Part shown: piece by piece, positions 36,846-50,749 of the stretch
Numbering within the stretch: position 1 is the first letter of the stretch
Layout: the number at the start of each line of letters is the position of its first letter
NCBI RefSeq assembly: GCF_001194135.2
Contig: NC_068982.1
Location: 187,332,759-187,386,881, forward strand
Length of the DNA: 54,123 nucleotides
Reading direction: 5' to 3'
Origin: Octopus bimaculoides
Lineage: Eukaryota
Translations under genes and position numbers: made by a program
Notes under the pieces: model-generated
What the model was told of the DNA's origin: nothing
The model's input: the letters and a program-made list of their open reading frames with translations, nothing else
Database searches by the model: none

Positions 36846-37454
36846 GATGATTCAGCCAAGTCTATAATGTCGTCTGATGGAAAGAAAGGATTAAAGAGAG
36901 GGAATAAACTACATCAGTCGGCGTAAGTTATTGCCACAAGCGGTTCTCGTAACCACACACACATATATCTTCCTAAAGAAATAAAATGGTGGTGTGCAGT
37001 TAAAGATAAGGTGTCTCCACCAACTGATTTATCGTAAAATAAAGAAAAACAGAAACGCAAATTTGGAAATGACCTTTAGGAAAAGCAGTTGAAGAGGTCA
37101 ACAGACTTACTGGCGGGACACATATTAGAGAAAGAAGACGGGGGAACTTGAGTCAACAGCGCCGATTCTTTGCTGGAATTCAATGCGATCTTGTGTCCAA
37201 ATGACCGTTTCTGCTTAAATAGAAACCTCATTAATTCTGTCTTGGGGGAAAAGAAAGAGAGAGACAGACAGAAGCCTTCGTTTATTTTTTATGCTGTTTT
37301 CTTTTTTGTTTGTTTGAAAGAATAAATTCAAACCAGATGATTTTTGCTTTATTTCAAATATTAATATATTTACGTATGTCGCCTTCTATTATTTGTTCCA
37401 ATCTATACATTTGTGTATTACTTCTCTGAACCAAAGAATCCATTACATTGTGTA

Positions 37455-37830
37455 TGTCTTTTACTTGTTTCAGTCATTAGACTGCGGCCATGCTGGGGTA
37501 CCACCTCGAAGAAGTCTAGTCGGACGAATCGACTCCAGTACTTATTATTGTATGCCTTTTGCCGAACCGCTAAGTTACAGGGACGTAAACACAACAACAC
37601 CAATTGTAAAAACGACGGTGGCGGGAGAACAAACACAAAGACACATATTTTATTATATGTGTATGTATACGACAGGCTTCTTTCAGTTTCCGTCTACCAA
37701 ATCCACTCACAAGGCCTTGGTCGACCCGAGGCAGTAGTAGAAAACACTTGTCGAAAGCACCAAGCACTGAACCCGAAACCATATTACTATAAAGAAAGCT
37801 TTTTACCACACAGCCACGCCTATATCTACA
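37455..37830 (-). mobile_element. SINE-A
   Basis: Reverse of 24302-24700. Confidence 0.85.
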
Positions 37831-37836
37831 TATACA

Positions 37837-38220
37837 CGTGGCACTCCGTCGGTTGCGACGACGAGGGTTGATCCACTCGATCCGATCAACGGAACAGCGT
37901 GCTCGTGAAATTTACGTGCAAGTGGCTGAGCACTCCACAGACACATGTACCCATAACGTAGTTCTCGGGGGAAGGCTCAGCGTGACACAGAGTGTGACAA
38001 GGCTGGCCCTTTGAAATACAAGTACAACAGAAACAATAAGAAAGAAAGTTGTGGTGAAAGAGTACAGCAGGGTTCGCCACCCCACCCCCCTCTCGGAGCC
38101 TCGTGGAGCTTTAGGTGTTTTCGCTCAATAAACGCTCACAGCGCCTGGTTTGGGAATCGAAACCACAATCCTACGACCGTGAGTCCGCTGCTCTAACCAC
38201 TGGGCCATTGCGCCACCACG
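37837..38220 (-). mobile_element. SINE-C full-length; another gapped copy at 38972-39428
   Basis: Reverse of 53659-53985. Confidence 0.88.
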
Positions 38221-38397
38221 GCTACATATACATATACATATATGTATCAGCATATAATCTTTTGTTTTAGTAGTTTCAGGCAATGGACTGTGGCGTGGCC
38301 ATGCTGGAGCACCACCTTATTTTTTAGAAATATAATTATTACCTTTTCCCATCCCCCAGTTTTGAAGTTTTATGAAGTTGGTCTATAATTGATTTTC

Positions 38398-38432
<35 letters not shown>

Positions 38433-38728
38433 ATGTGTTTGTGTGCGTGTGTTTGTGTGTGTGTGCGTGTTTGTGTTTGAGTTTCGTTTTGTAGTACAAG
38501 AAGCTAGTTATATGGCAATATTCTTTGTAGACATTACTACAGTACTGAAACAGTTCCTTCCTCTCATTAGCGAATTCAATTAATCTCATTATTAGTTAAA
38601 GTCTACGAATACATGTTTCCTTTGTAAAACAACAAAAGTAGGTTGGCGTATTTTTATTCTTTTATGCTCGCTTTATATTCACAGCACGTCTCGCTTCGTT
38701 TCGACAATATAATTTATTTAAAAGTTCG

Positions 38729-38766
<38 letters not shown>

Positions 38767-40446
38767 AAATTTTAGTCTTTTAATTGAGTGTTTTGTGCGA
38801 CATTAAACGAAAGCAGACGTTTGTAGAGATTTCCGATCCCTTGGTAAAATATCTGACCCCATTTTCATAAGATTTCTATTTGAGCCCTTAAACTCAGAGG
38901 ACCGAAACTTAAACCAGTCTCCATCGCGTATAAATGACTGAAATTACCATATTCCCATTCTACATTCGTTGGCACTCCGTCGCTTACGACGACGAGGGTT
39001 CCNNNNNNNNNNNNNNNNNNNNNNNNNNNNNNNNNNNNNNNNNNNNNNNNNNNNNNNNNNNNNNNNNNNNNNNNNNNNNNNNNNNNNNNNNNNNNNNNNN
39101 NNNNNNNNNNNNNNNNNNNNNNNNNNNNNNNNNNNNNNNNNNNNNNNNNNNNNNNNNNNNNNNNNNNNNNNNNNNNNNNNNNNNNNNNNNNNNNNNNNNN
39201 NNNNNNNNNNNNNNNNNNNNNNNNNNNNNNNNNNNNNNNNNNNNNNNNNNNNNNNNNNNNNNNNNNNNNNNNNNNNNNNNNNNNNNNNNNNNNNNNNNNN
39301 NNNNNNNNNNNNNNNNNNNNNNNNNNNNNNNNNNNNNNNNNNNNNNNNNNNNNNNNNNNNNNNNNNNNNNNNNNNNNNNNNNNNNNNCCACGAGTCCGCT
39401 GCCCTAACCACTGGGCCATTGCGCCTCTACCCATTCTACGCAGAACTAATGAAACCAAAAAAAGAAGAAAAGAACGTTTCCAAAAAATATCGGACATATT
39501 GTAAATGTTCAAATTAGTAGACACTTTTTTTTCATTGTTAATTTTTTTGATGTTTTACAATTGTTTATTGCAACTGCAGTCAGCGCGAATCCTAGATACG
39601 TCGCCATCATCTGCTCTTTTCAAACTTGTGTTATTCTCATTGCCAATGTTTTATCATCACAGCTGATGTCATCAGCATTGCCAATGTTATCCCCAATAAC
39701 TGATTTGATATCATCTTTGCTGATGTTATCATTGCTGATTTCGTCATTAATGCTGATGTTATCACAAATGCAGGATGATGTCGTGTTTTTCTTCCTAATA
39801 GGGGATCCCAGCACTTTTTGTTAACGATTTTGCCCCATACAAGTCGTGAGACAACTGTAGCATAAGGGACTACAAACAGAAAAAAGAAAGGGGGTCGATA
39901 AATTCAAAAGATGTTGATTGATAGAAAGCATAAAGGATTGAGTCTCATAGACCAGAGGAAAACAAGACCATGCTTGCGGTGGAATTTGAACTCAGAATGT
40001 AAAACCAGAAGAAATTCTACTAAGCATTTTTGTCCGGCAAACTAACGATTCTGCCAGCTCGCCGATCGGCAGTTGATAATAAGAAAAAGTTCTGAATAAA
40101 ACCTGACAATTCGATTTTCATATTAAAATGTTGGCCTGCATTTAATACAGACCAGTACACGTAAGCACGAGACTCGACAAGTCACGTGATACTACAGTTC
40201 GTAATTAACATAACACTATAAAACAATTAGCTAGTGTCTAATACTTGAGGGAGAAAACCTCGAAATTTTAATTAAAGTGAATTAAAAATAGAATTTGGGT
40301 AATGCACAGGGGAAGGTGTCTGATCTTGGTTGAATTAAAAATTCATTAAAATTTCTTTGTTCGCAATATTAGTAGAAACTTCGACATTTAAAGTAATTCC
40401 ATGTAATAATGATAATAGTAATTAAAATAAATAACTAAATTTATAA

Positions 40447-41240
40447 ATAGGCGCAGGTGTGGTTGTCAGGTAAGAAGCTTGCTTCCCAACCACATGGTTC
40501 CGGGTTCAGTTCCACTGCATGGCACACCTTGGGCAAGTGTCTCTTGCTATAGCCTCTGGCTTCCCAGTTTTGTGAGTGGATTTGATAGATGGAAACTGAA
40601 AGAAGCTCGTTGTATGTGTGTGTGTGTGTGTGTGTTTGTCCCCCCCCCCGCAACATCGTTTGACATCCGATGCTGGTGTGTTTACGTGCTTGTTACTTAG
40701 CGGTTCGGCAAAAGATACCGATAGAATAAGTACTAGGCTTACAAAGAATAAGTTCTGGGGTCGATTTGCTCGACTAAAGGCGGTACTCCAGCATGGCCGC
40801 AGCCCAACTGAAACAAGTCTGTGCTTGTCCCCACCACCAACGCTTGACAACCGATGTTGGTGTGTTTCCGTTCCCATTACTTAGCGGTTCGGCAAAAGAG
40901 AACGATAGAATAAGAACTAGGCTTACAAAGAATAAGTCCTGGTGTCGATTTCCTTGACTAAAGGCGATGCTCCAGCATGGCCGCAATCAAATTGACCAAA
41001 ACAAGTAAAACAGTAAAAGACCATAATATCTATGCGTGTTTGTGTTTGTCCCCTAGCACCGTTTGAAAACCGGTGTCGATGTGTTTACGTCCCCGTAACT
41101 TAGCGGTTCGGCAAAAGAAAAAGGTAGAATAAGTATCAGGCTTTAAAAGAAATAAGTACTGGGGGTCGATTCATTCGACTGAAAATTCTTCAAGGCGGTG
41201 CCCCAGCATGGCCGCAGTCTAATGACTGAAACGAAGGACA
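40447..41240 (+). mobile_element. SINE-A followed by two extra tandem copies of its 3' half
   Basis: ttagcggttcggcaaaag...ccagcatggccgca occurs three times at ~200-bp spacing. Confidence 0.85.
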
Positions 41241-41747
41241 ACGGTTATAAATTATAATAGTTAAAGCAAATCTATATGATAATTACTTTTGCTTCAAGTA
41301 CAAGTACTTGAGTGGTACTTTGTTAATATAGTAATATATTCTATAGATCTCCTTTATTAAGCCGCTTAGTTGCAGTGACGCAAGCAAACCAACACCAGTT
41401 GTCAAGCGGTAGGTGGTGGGCGGTTTCCGTCGGTCAAATTCATTTACCAAAGGATTGGTCGACCTGGGGCTATAGAAAAAGATACTGCGCAATGGAACTG
41501 AATTGAAATTACATGGTTGCAAAGCGGACTTCTTAATCACAGCCGCACAAGCTGTGCCTAAATATATATACATTCGCCATGATAGATCGCTAACCACTAC
41601 ACACATTTTTTTTTTCTCTCTTTGTTTCTCTCTGTGGAAGAGCATAGGCTCGAAATATTAAAGACTTTTACAATTCCCGAGCGTTATACTAATACATCTG
41701 TTTGTTTTCTACACCACCTGTCTTCGTCTTTTTTTTTTGTGAATTCT

Positions 41748-41781
<34 letters not shown>

Positions 41782-42420
41782 NNNNNNNNNNNNNNNNNNN
41801 NNNNNNNNNNNNNNNNNNNNNNNNNNNNNNNNNNNNNNNNNNNNNNNNNNNNNNNNNNNNNNNNNNNNNNNNNNNNNNNNNNNNNNNNNNNNNNNNNNNN
41901 NNNNNNNNNNNNNNNNNNNNNNNNNNNNNNNNNNNNNNNNNNNNNNNNNNNNNNNNNNNNNNNNNNNNNNNNNNNNNNNNNNNNNNNNNNNNNNNNNNNN
42001 NNNNNNNNNNNNNNNNNNNNNNNNNNNNNNNNNNNNNNNNNNNNNNNNNNNNNNNNNNNNNNNNNNNNNNNNNNNNNNNNNNNNNNNNNNNNNNNNNNNN
42101 NNNNNNNNNNNNNNNNNNNNNNNNNNNNNNNNNNNNNNNNNNNNNNNNNNNNNNNNNNNNNNNNNNNNNNNNNNNNNNNNNNNNNNNNNNNNNNNNNNNN
42201 NNNNNNNNNNNNNNNNNNNNNNNNNNNNNNNNNNNNNNNNNNNNNNNNNNNNNNNNNNNNNNNNNNNNNNNNNNNNNNNNNNNNNNNNNNNNNNNNNNNN
42301 NNNNNNNNNNNNNNNNNNNNNNNNNNNNNNNNNNNNNNNNNNNNNNNNNNNNNNNNNNNNNNNNNNNNNNNNNNNNNNNNNNNNNNNNNNNNNNNNNNNN
42401 NNNNNNNNNNNNNNNNNNNN

Positions 42421-42471
<51 letters not shown>

Positions 42472-44700
42472 GTATGTATGCATGTTCCTAGTGCATATAA
42501 TCCAACGTTAGCAGGCAGACACTGTTTGGTGGTCGATATGGCATTCGCTGACAAACAAGATAGCAGCAATCAATAAAAGGTGAAATGAGGTGAAATAACA
42601 TAGATAAATGATCACAGCGTGCAGAAACAGATAATTGCATGCACTAATAAAATGTGCAAGTCTGTGCAGAGTTGTATGCATGTTCAATGATCTAGAGTAA
42701 AAAAGAAAGCTATCGGATGTTGAGATAAAATATGTAAATGCGTGTACAATGCGGCAGATAAACCTCCCGTATTGTACACGGCCATTCGTGTGGCACTAGT
42801 GAAGTTAGGCTGATGATAAAGGTGTCTTCATATAGCTAATGTTTTACCGTTTTGGTTTCCTCCAGTTACCATCACAGTTTGAATCAATATATAATGTACT
42901 TTCGCTCTTGAAGCGTTTGCCGGTCTGTAAAATGGAGGAGGCTTTTTGCCGTACTCTTCTTTTTCTTTTGACAAATTATCCAGTATTAAATCGTTTGTTT
43001 CTTTCCAATGTTATTTGAATCAACACGAAAAATATTTCTATCACTGTTTTCTGGCTTTTTTCCTTCTAATCATTGTCTTCCTCTACAGCTTTCGTTTTGT
43101 TTTAGTAATTTGAGTAAATTTTATTTATTTTCAGACATGACGAAAAATAAGAATTAAATAAATGGGTGGAAGAGGCGGAAGCGAACGAATTTATCTGACA
43201 ACCCAATAGGAGCAGTATGGCCGGACGATAAAGAAGCTTGTTTCATAATCAAGAGGTCAGGGGTTTGATTCCACTGGGTGACATCTTAAGCCTATATCAT
43301 TTTCTATAGCCTGTGAATGAAACTGAGGAGAAGGAAACTGTACTGAAACCCATCGAATGAATTGTATGTGTAATTCAAAAGGTACAACCTTGTCACACCA
43401 TTTCGTCACACTAATTCCGCCGGGAAAATCAGGGGTACACGCGTCTTTGGAATACTCATCCACTTACAAGCTAGTTTAACGAACCTGGTAGTTTAGTTGG
43501 TCAAACAGATGGACAGTCATGGACGGAAGTTCTAACCGAGATCCATTTTTGGTAATTAACCTATTTGGCCATCCATTTTTGTCGCTGTTGCTGATGATGA
43601 AGACAACAACGATAGAACTTGAAAGACACTTAGCTGTTATTTCTAGTGAGAGAAATACTCCACAATATCTGGAGAATATCAAAGATGAGATGTTTAGAGG
43701 TAGATGTTTATTTTTGAGCCAGAATGTATCTATAACCATAGAGGTGTAGGTATCGTCTGCTTCACTGAAATATCTGATGTTTAAAACAAAATATCCCAGC
43801 TTCCACCAACAACAGCGGGGTAATGGTGGCGGTATTAGCGTTGAAGGATGTTCGTTTTTACCTTTTTAAACATTCCTGATATTTATTTTAACAACCGTAT
43901 ATATGTGTTTGTGTAAAAAAAAAACATACATGCATGTGTATAGCTATGTCTATATATAGACATATGCATATATGTATGCACGTACGTACGTTTGTGTAAT
44001 ATGTATATATATATATATATATATATNNNNNNNNNNNNNNNNNNNNNNNNNNNNNNNNNNNNNNNNNNNNNNNNNNNNNNNNNNNNNNNNNNNNNNNNNN
44101 NNNNNNNNNNNNNNNNNNNNNNNNNNNNNNNNNNNNNNNNNNNNNNNNNNNNNNNNNNNNNNNNNNNNNNNNNNNNNNNNNNNNNNNNNNNNNNNNNNNN
44201 NNNNNNNNNNNNNNNNNNNNNNNNNNNNNNNNNNNNNNNNNNNNNNNNNNNNNNNNNNNNNNNNNNNNNNNNNNNNNNNNNNNNNNNNNNNNNNNNNNNN
44301 NNNNNNNNNNNNNNNNNNNNNNNNNNNNNNNNNNNNNNNNNNNNNNNNNNNNNNNNNNNNNNNNNNNNNNNNNNNNNNNNNNNNNNNNNNNNNNNNNNNN
44401 NNNNNNNNNNNNNNNNNNNNNNNNNNNNNNNNNNNNNNNNNNNNNNNNNNNNNNNNNNNNNNNNNNNNNNNNNNNNNNNNNNNNNNNNNNNNNNNNNNNN
44501 NNNNNNNNNNNNNNNNNNNNNNNNNNNNNNNNNNNNNNNNNNNNNNNNNNNNNNNNNNNNNNNNNNNNNNNNNNNNNNNNNNNNNNNNNNNNNNNNNNNN
44601 NNNNNNNNNNNNNNNNNNNNNNNNNNNNNNNNNNNNNNNNNNNNNNNNNNNNNNNNNNNNNNNNNNNNNNNNNNNNNNNNNNNNNNNNNNNNNNNNNNNN

Positions 44701-44870
44701 ATCGCTTGACAACCGATATTGGTGTGTTTACGTCCCTATAACTTAACGGCTCGATAATAGATAACGATAGAATAAGCACTAGGCTTACAAAGAATAAGTT
44801 TTGGGGTCGATTTGTTCGACTAAAGGCGGTGCTCTAGCATGGCCGCAGTCAAATGAATGAAACACGTATA
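44701..44870 (+). mobile_element. SINE-A 3' half
   Basis: atcgcttgacaaccgat...gcatggccgcagtcaaatga. Confidence 0.85.
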
Positions 44871-47800
44871 AGGAAAAATATATTTGTGTGTTTATATGTA
44901 TATTTATATATGTGCATGGTGTGTGTGACTTTGCGCCTCACCCAGTCTCTGTGACTTTGCGCTTCAGAAGCTGGCTATGCCACCGAAAGGTTTTTGTATT
45001 CAGTTCCTGGCTGGCCAATTCCTTGTGAGTGGATTTGAGAAACAGAAACTAGTTGGAAGGCTGTCGTATAAATATGTGTGTGTGTCTTTGACTTGACATC
45101 ACGTGCTAATTGTAAAGTGATCGTCACTGTCATACAAGCAGTGTCAATCATTTCTTCATTTCTAACAACCTGCAACATCTGGTCTTGAGGGAATATTACC
45201 TTGCTTGTAAACAGGTGACGGTTGGCTACAGGAAGAGCATCCAGCCGTAGAATATCTAACCCAGTAAACTCCGTCCGACCCATGCAAGCATAGAAATGGG
45301 GACATTAAAATGATGATGAGATATGCGTGTGTTTTTACGTCCGCGTTTGTACCACCACCACCCGCTTCACAACTGCTGTTGGTTTGTTAACGTCTCCGTA
45401 TCTTAACAGTTTGACAGAAAAGACCGATAAAATAGGTGACGAGATTCAATTTTAAGTCGATTTCTCCGATTAAAACCTTTCAAAGTGGTCACAGGACAAG
45501 GAAAATGATTGAAATAATTAAAAGATAATGGGTGGCTGCCACACGGTTGGCACCGGTGCTTCTTTGAGGGCGTTACCATCTGAACGCCTGTGAAGAGCCA
45601 GAAGAGACACGGCAAGGCACCAACTCATCCAACATAATGCCAACACTTCTACACACATCCACCTATAATATATATGTATATATATATAAACCTCATTGAG
45701 ATGGTATCAGGGATAAAAGTGTTTGGCGAAAAACTTCAGAAACGGAAGGAAGTGTGCCAGAAGCGTCACGAATAGAAAATACTATTGGTGTGGTGGTGGT
45801 GAGAGNNNNNNNNNNNNNNNNNNNNNNNNNNNNNNNNNNNNNNNNNNNNNNNNNNNNNNNNNNNNNNNNNNNNNNNNNNNNNNNNNNNNNNNNNNNNNNN
45901 NNNNNNNNNNNNNNNNNNNNNNNNNNNNNNNNNNNNNNNNNNNNNNNNNNNNNNNNNNNNNNNNNNNNNNNNNNNNNNNNNNNNNNNNNNNNNNNNNNNN
46001 NNNNNNNNNNNNNNNNNNNNNNNNNNNNNNNNNNNNNNNNNNNNNNNNNNNNNNNNNNNNNNNNNNNNNNNNNNNNNNNNNNNNNNNNNNNNNNNNNNNN
46101 NNNNNNNNNNNNNNNNNNNNNNNNNNNNNNNNNNNNNNNNNNNNNNNNNNNNNNNNNNNNNNNNNNNNNNNNNNNNNNNNNNNNNNNNNNNNNNNNNNNN
46201 NNNNNNNNNNNNNNNNNNNNNNNNNNNNNNNNNNNNNNNNNNNNNNNNNNNNNNNNNNNNNNNNNNNNNNNNNNNNNNNNNNNNNNNNNNNNNNNNNNNN
46301 NNNNNNNNNNNNNNNNNNNNNNNNNNNNNNNNNNNNNNNNNNNNNNNNNNNNNNNNNNNNNNNNNNNNNNNNNNNNNNNNNNNNNNNNNNNNNNNNNNNN
46401 NNNNNNNNNNNNNNNNNNNNNNNNNNNNNNNNNNNNNNNNNNNNNNNNNNNNNNNNNNNNNNNNNNNNNNNNNNNNNNNNNNNNNNNNNNNNNNNNNNNN
46501 NNNNNNNNNNNNNNNNNNNNNNNNNNNNNNNNNNNNNNNNNNNNNNNNNNNNNNNNNNNNNNNNNNNNNNNNNNNNNNNNNNNNNNNNNNNNNNNNNNNN
46601 NNNNNNNNNNNNNNNNNNNNNNNNNNNNNNNNNNNNNNNNNNNNNNNNNNNNNNNNNNNNNNNNNNNNNNNNNNNNNNNNNNNNNNNNNNNNNNNNNNNN
46701 NNNNNNNNNNNNNNTATATATATATATATATATATATATGAGGGTAGTCATTAAAAGTGGTCCGTAAATAGAAAGGGCCTTTAGCAGTGAAAAGGTCGCG
46801 AACCTCTGAGCTATATGAAGGCTACATGTGGGATTCATATAGGTTACATACATGTGGATTACATGTAGGACACACGAGCTATAAGTGACCTAAATGAAAG
46901 CAACGTCGTCTAAGTACATAAAATGGCTGTGGACTATTATAGTAAGTTATACGAAGCTTACAAGATGGCTACTTGAGAATTGTTTTGATTTTATTGTTTA
47001 TATTTAATTTCTAGAAAAATAAAATTCAGACACGTCTAAATAAATACATTTTTTTATGAGAATGTATTTATTTACACTTGTCTGAAGTCTATTTTTCCTT
47101 CCTTGGGGCCCTCGCCTTTTAGGGGCAGCCCCGTGGCATATGGCACATTTTAGGCATTTAAAATAATGATGAAGATGATGAGAGTGTGAGAGAAGAATCG
47201 ATTCTAGTACAAGGTCAATACTTTATTGATTGATTCTTAAGTGATAGGAAGCGAGACTGACCTCGATGCCATTTTATCCCCCCAGTGGACTGAAGTAATT
47301 TGTAGATGAAATTGAGGTACTTGGTTGTTTCTCTAGGATTCATCAGAGATTTTAGAAAGCACATAAGGTTAAGATATTAATATAAATACACACATATATA
47401 CATACTTTTATATATACATACATATATGTAAATATACATAAATACATATACCTACACTTAAATGTACATGCATTATATATATATGATTAAATAGAATCTA
47501 GGCTCATCAACAAGTAGGACGCCAGAAATGACTAGGCATTTTAAAAGATCTTTGGAGGTCCACCAAAACAGAACGGTAATCAAAGGGGCCTAGAGATAAA
47601 AAAATGATTGAGAACCAGACGTTAAAGAGTCGGAACGAACAGTGAAAGGTATTTTATCTGGTTCTAACGACATTGCAACCTCGAAACATTAACAATCATA
47701 TTTTATTGCTGTCTAACACTAGGTCAACTCTAACTGAGCAGAATTGCAATCAAGGATCTTTTTTAAAACGGGGGCCACATTTTTCATTAACGAAACACTT

Positions 47801-47992
47801 TGGAACTTGGAACACTGGTAGAATGTGTCATATAAAACATCTTTTTCTCTTAGTCTTCTTAAAAAAAAAAAGAAATCCATAAATTATTCCATGTTAAAGT
47901 TGTCGTATTTCTGTAATTTCAACCAATCACTGACGTCCATTCAGCCGATATACATTAAGTGCCGACTACATAAACAAACGATTCTGAAACAA

Positions 47993-48062
47993 TTAACCCT
48001 AACCCTAACTCTAACCCTAAACCTAACCCTAGGGTTAGGGTTAGGGTTAGGGTTAGGGTTAA
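47993..48062. repeat. Palindromic telomere-like repeat (CCCTAA)n-(TTAGGG)n
   Basis: About six CCCTAA units (two variant) then five TTAGGG units, centred on CCCT|AGGG at 48030/48031; adjacent to a gap. Confidence 0.9.
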
Positions 48063-48650
48063 ANNNNNNNNNNNNNNNNNNNNNNNNNNNNNNNNNNNNN
48101 NNNNNNNNNNNNNNNNNNNNNNNNNNNNNNNNNNNNNNNNNNNNNNNNNNNNNNNNNNNNNNNNNNNNNNNNNNNNNNNNNNNNNNNNNNNNNNNNNNNN
48201 NNNNNNNNNNNNNNNNNNNNNNNNNNNNNNNNNNNNNNNNNNNNNNNNNNNNNNNNNNNNNNNNNNNNNNNNNNNNNNNNNNNNNNNNNNNNNNNNNNNN
48301 NNNNNNNNNNNNNNNNNNNNNNNNNNNNNNNNNNNNNNNNNNNNNNNNNNNNNNNNNNNNNNNNNNNNNNNNNNNNNNNNNNNNNNNNNNNNNNNNNNNN
48401 NNNNNNNNNNNNNNNNNNNNNNNNNNNNNNNNNNNNNNNNNNNNNNNNNNNNNNNNNNNNNNNNNNNNNNNNNNNNNNNNNNNNNNNNNNNNNNNNNNNN
48501 NNNNNNNNNNNNNNNNNNNNNNNNNNNNNNNNNNNNNNNNNNNNNNNNNNNNNNNNNNNNNNNNNNNNNNNNNNNNNNNNNNNNNNNNNNNNNNNNNNNN
48601 NNNNNNNNNNNNNNNNNNNNNNNNNNNNTTATAATGTTAAAAGTTCAATA

Positions 48651-48681
<31 letters not shown>

Positions 48682-49194
48682 CATACATACACATCTCCAC
48701 AAACATACACATTTATACAAATAAAGTACTGCGACATGAAAATGGTTGATTGGCAGAAAATGAGGGTAATATTTGTTTAGTCTTTTGTGCTTTGAGTTCA
48801 AATCCCGCCGAGGCCACCTAAGCCTTTTGTTCTGCGCGCGCGCACACACACATATATATATATATATATAAACACATACGCACATACTGTGAACCCTATC
48901 TTATTGCACCTAGCCATTTCTGGCGTCACACTTGTTAATGAGCCTAGAGTATATTGAATCATATATATATGTAGGGACTTGCGACACGCCGGACACCCTG
49001 CAGTGTACCAATAACATACAATCAATGTAACGTGTGCCTTGGAGCAGCCCCTAAGCGCTAAATACTCATCGGGTTGTTGTTCTCTGTGTACACAACCAGA
49101 ATATCCAATTTGATATTTATCAACCATAGGCGGTGACCACAGGTTTATCCAACCCTACCTGGTGCATATATTTTCAAGTATCCGATTCTATCTG

Positions 49195-49590
49195 AATTAT
49201 TATTATTATTATTATTATTATTGAGTGAAAGAGCAGTGCATGCCATCAGAGTGACACTGGGGTAAAATATACGAAGCCCATTGTACCCATCATGACTACC
49301 TGTCAGATAAGGGTACACCAGGCACATGCATCACAATCATATGTGCACGACATGGTGATTTCATATCAAGATAAACAGTGCATGACCTCACAGGTGGAAC
49401 CCAGTTAGAATTTTCTTCAGGTCGAGTAGCCCATCCTGCTCAAAAGGTCCCTGAATAAGGTTTGTTTAAGGGTGTTGAGCAAAACACCCATGTTTCCAAA
49501 GGTGAATTATTCAAACCCCAAAGAATTCCTCTCAACACATGGCTATGATGCTCCCCAACTACTTCTGCTCCAGATCAGAGATGCACAGCT
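49195..49590 (-). mobile_element. Probable LINE 3'-end fragment with (AAT)n tail
   Basis: Complex sequence ending on the minus strand in ctcaataataataat; family assignment uncertain. Confidence 0.45.
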
Positions 49591-50395
49591 GTTCTCTTCT
49601 TTTTAAGCCTGATACTTATTTCATTGGTCTATTTTGCCGAATTGCTAATTCACGTAGACGTAAACAAACCAACAACCGTTGCCAAGCCAGGTAGGGATGA
49701 CAAACAGAAAGATATGTGTTTATGAGCTTCAGTTAAATGAAGCGTCTCCCTGTCTTTCTCGTGGTTCAAATTCTAAGCAAAGACACGACATTGTGCAATC
49801 CTTTTCGTATGCGCTACCCTGGGTGAATGACCGACGTTCTGCTACCTCCACTCGGCTCTTTATCCCAATCTATACACATAAATACATCTATACCTTCCTC
49901 ATTAATCTTGTCAGTCTCCGAAATGACTATCTTTTCTTTTTCCTTTTTCTTTTCTTTTTTTTTTTTTTCGTTTATTCTTAATCAAAGGATTTATGTCTAG
50001 TATAAGGAGTTAGTCAATCGTTAGTATCATAGTATACATATATACACACACATATATACATGTGTGTAGGTGTATGTGTATATGTGTGTGTGTATTATTT
50101 ATTAGACACACACACAATACGACTAGAATAAAGATTATATATCTATATATATTCATACGTAATATATATACGCATATATATATACATATATAATATAAAT
50201 GCATATTTGTATGTATGTGTGTGTGTATATATAATATACATATATATGTGTGTATGTGTATGTATATATATATAATATGGATACATAATATATGTGTGTA
50301 TGCATGTATATATATATATATATATAATATAATAATATATATATATATAATATGGATACATAATATATGTATGCATGTATGTGTGTGTGTGTATG

Positions 50396-50481
<86 letters not shown>

Positions 50482-50749
50482 CATACATACATACATACAT
50501 ACATACATGCCTTCATATATTATTTTTATCTTGATGGCATAGTCTCAACAAAGAAACTTTGTTTACGGAAAAAATTTAAAGGAATTTTTTTTTCAACGAA
50601 AAGAACGCTTTACACACGGGCATTCATACATGCATATATATACACACATGCATTATACACACATGCATACAGAGAAATAGTCTGTTTGTATTCAAAGCTT
50701 GATCACTTGTTAGATGTGCCTTTTCCGTGCTTATGGACGTATCTCTTTT

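Noticed and set aside
43519-43749. 76-aa ORF in unique sequence
   Set aside because: No motif or convincing splice borders; its length is within chance expectation.
47993-48062. Chromosome end-to-end fusion scar
   Set aside because: A fusion gives (TTAGGG)n(CCCTAA)n; the order here is reversed and the tract is very short.
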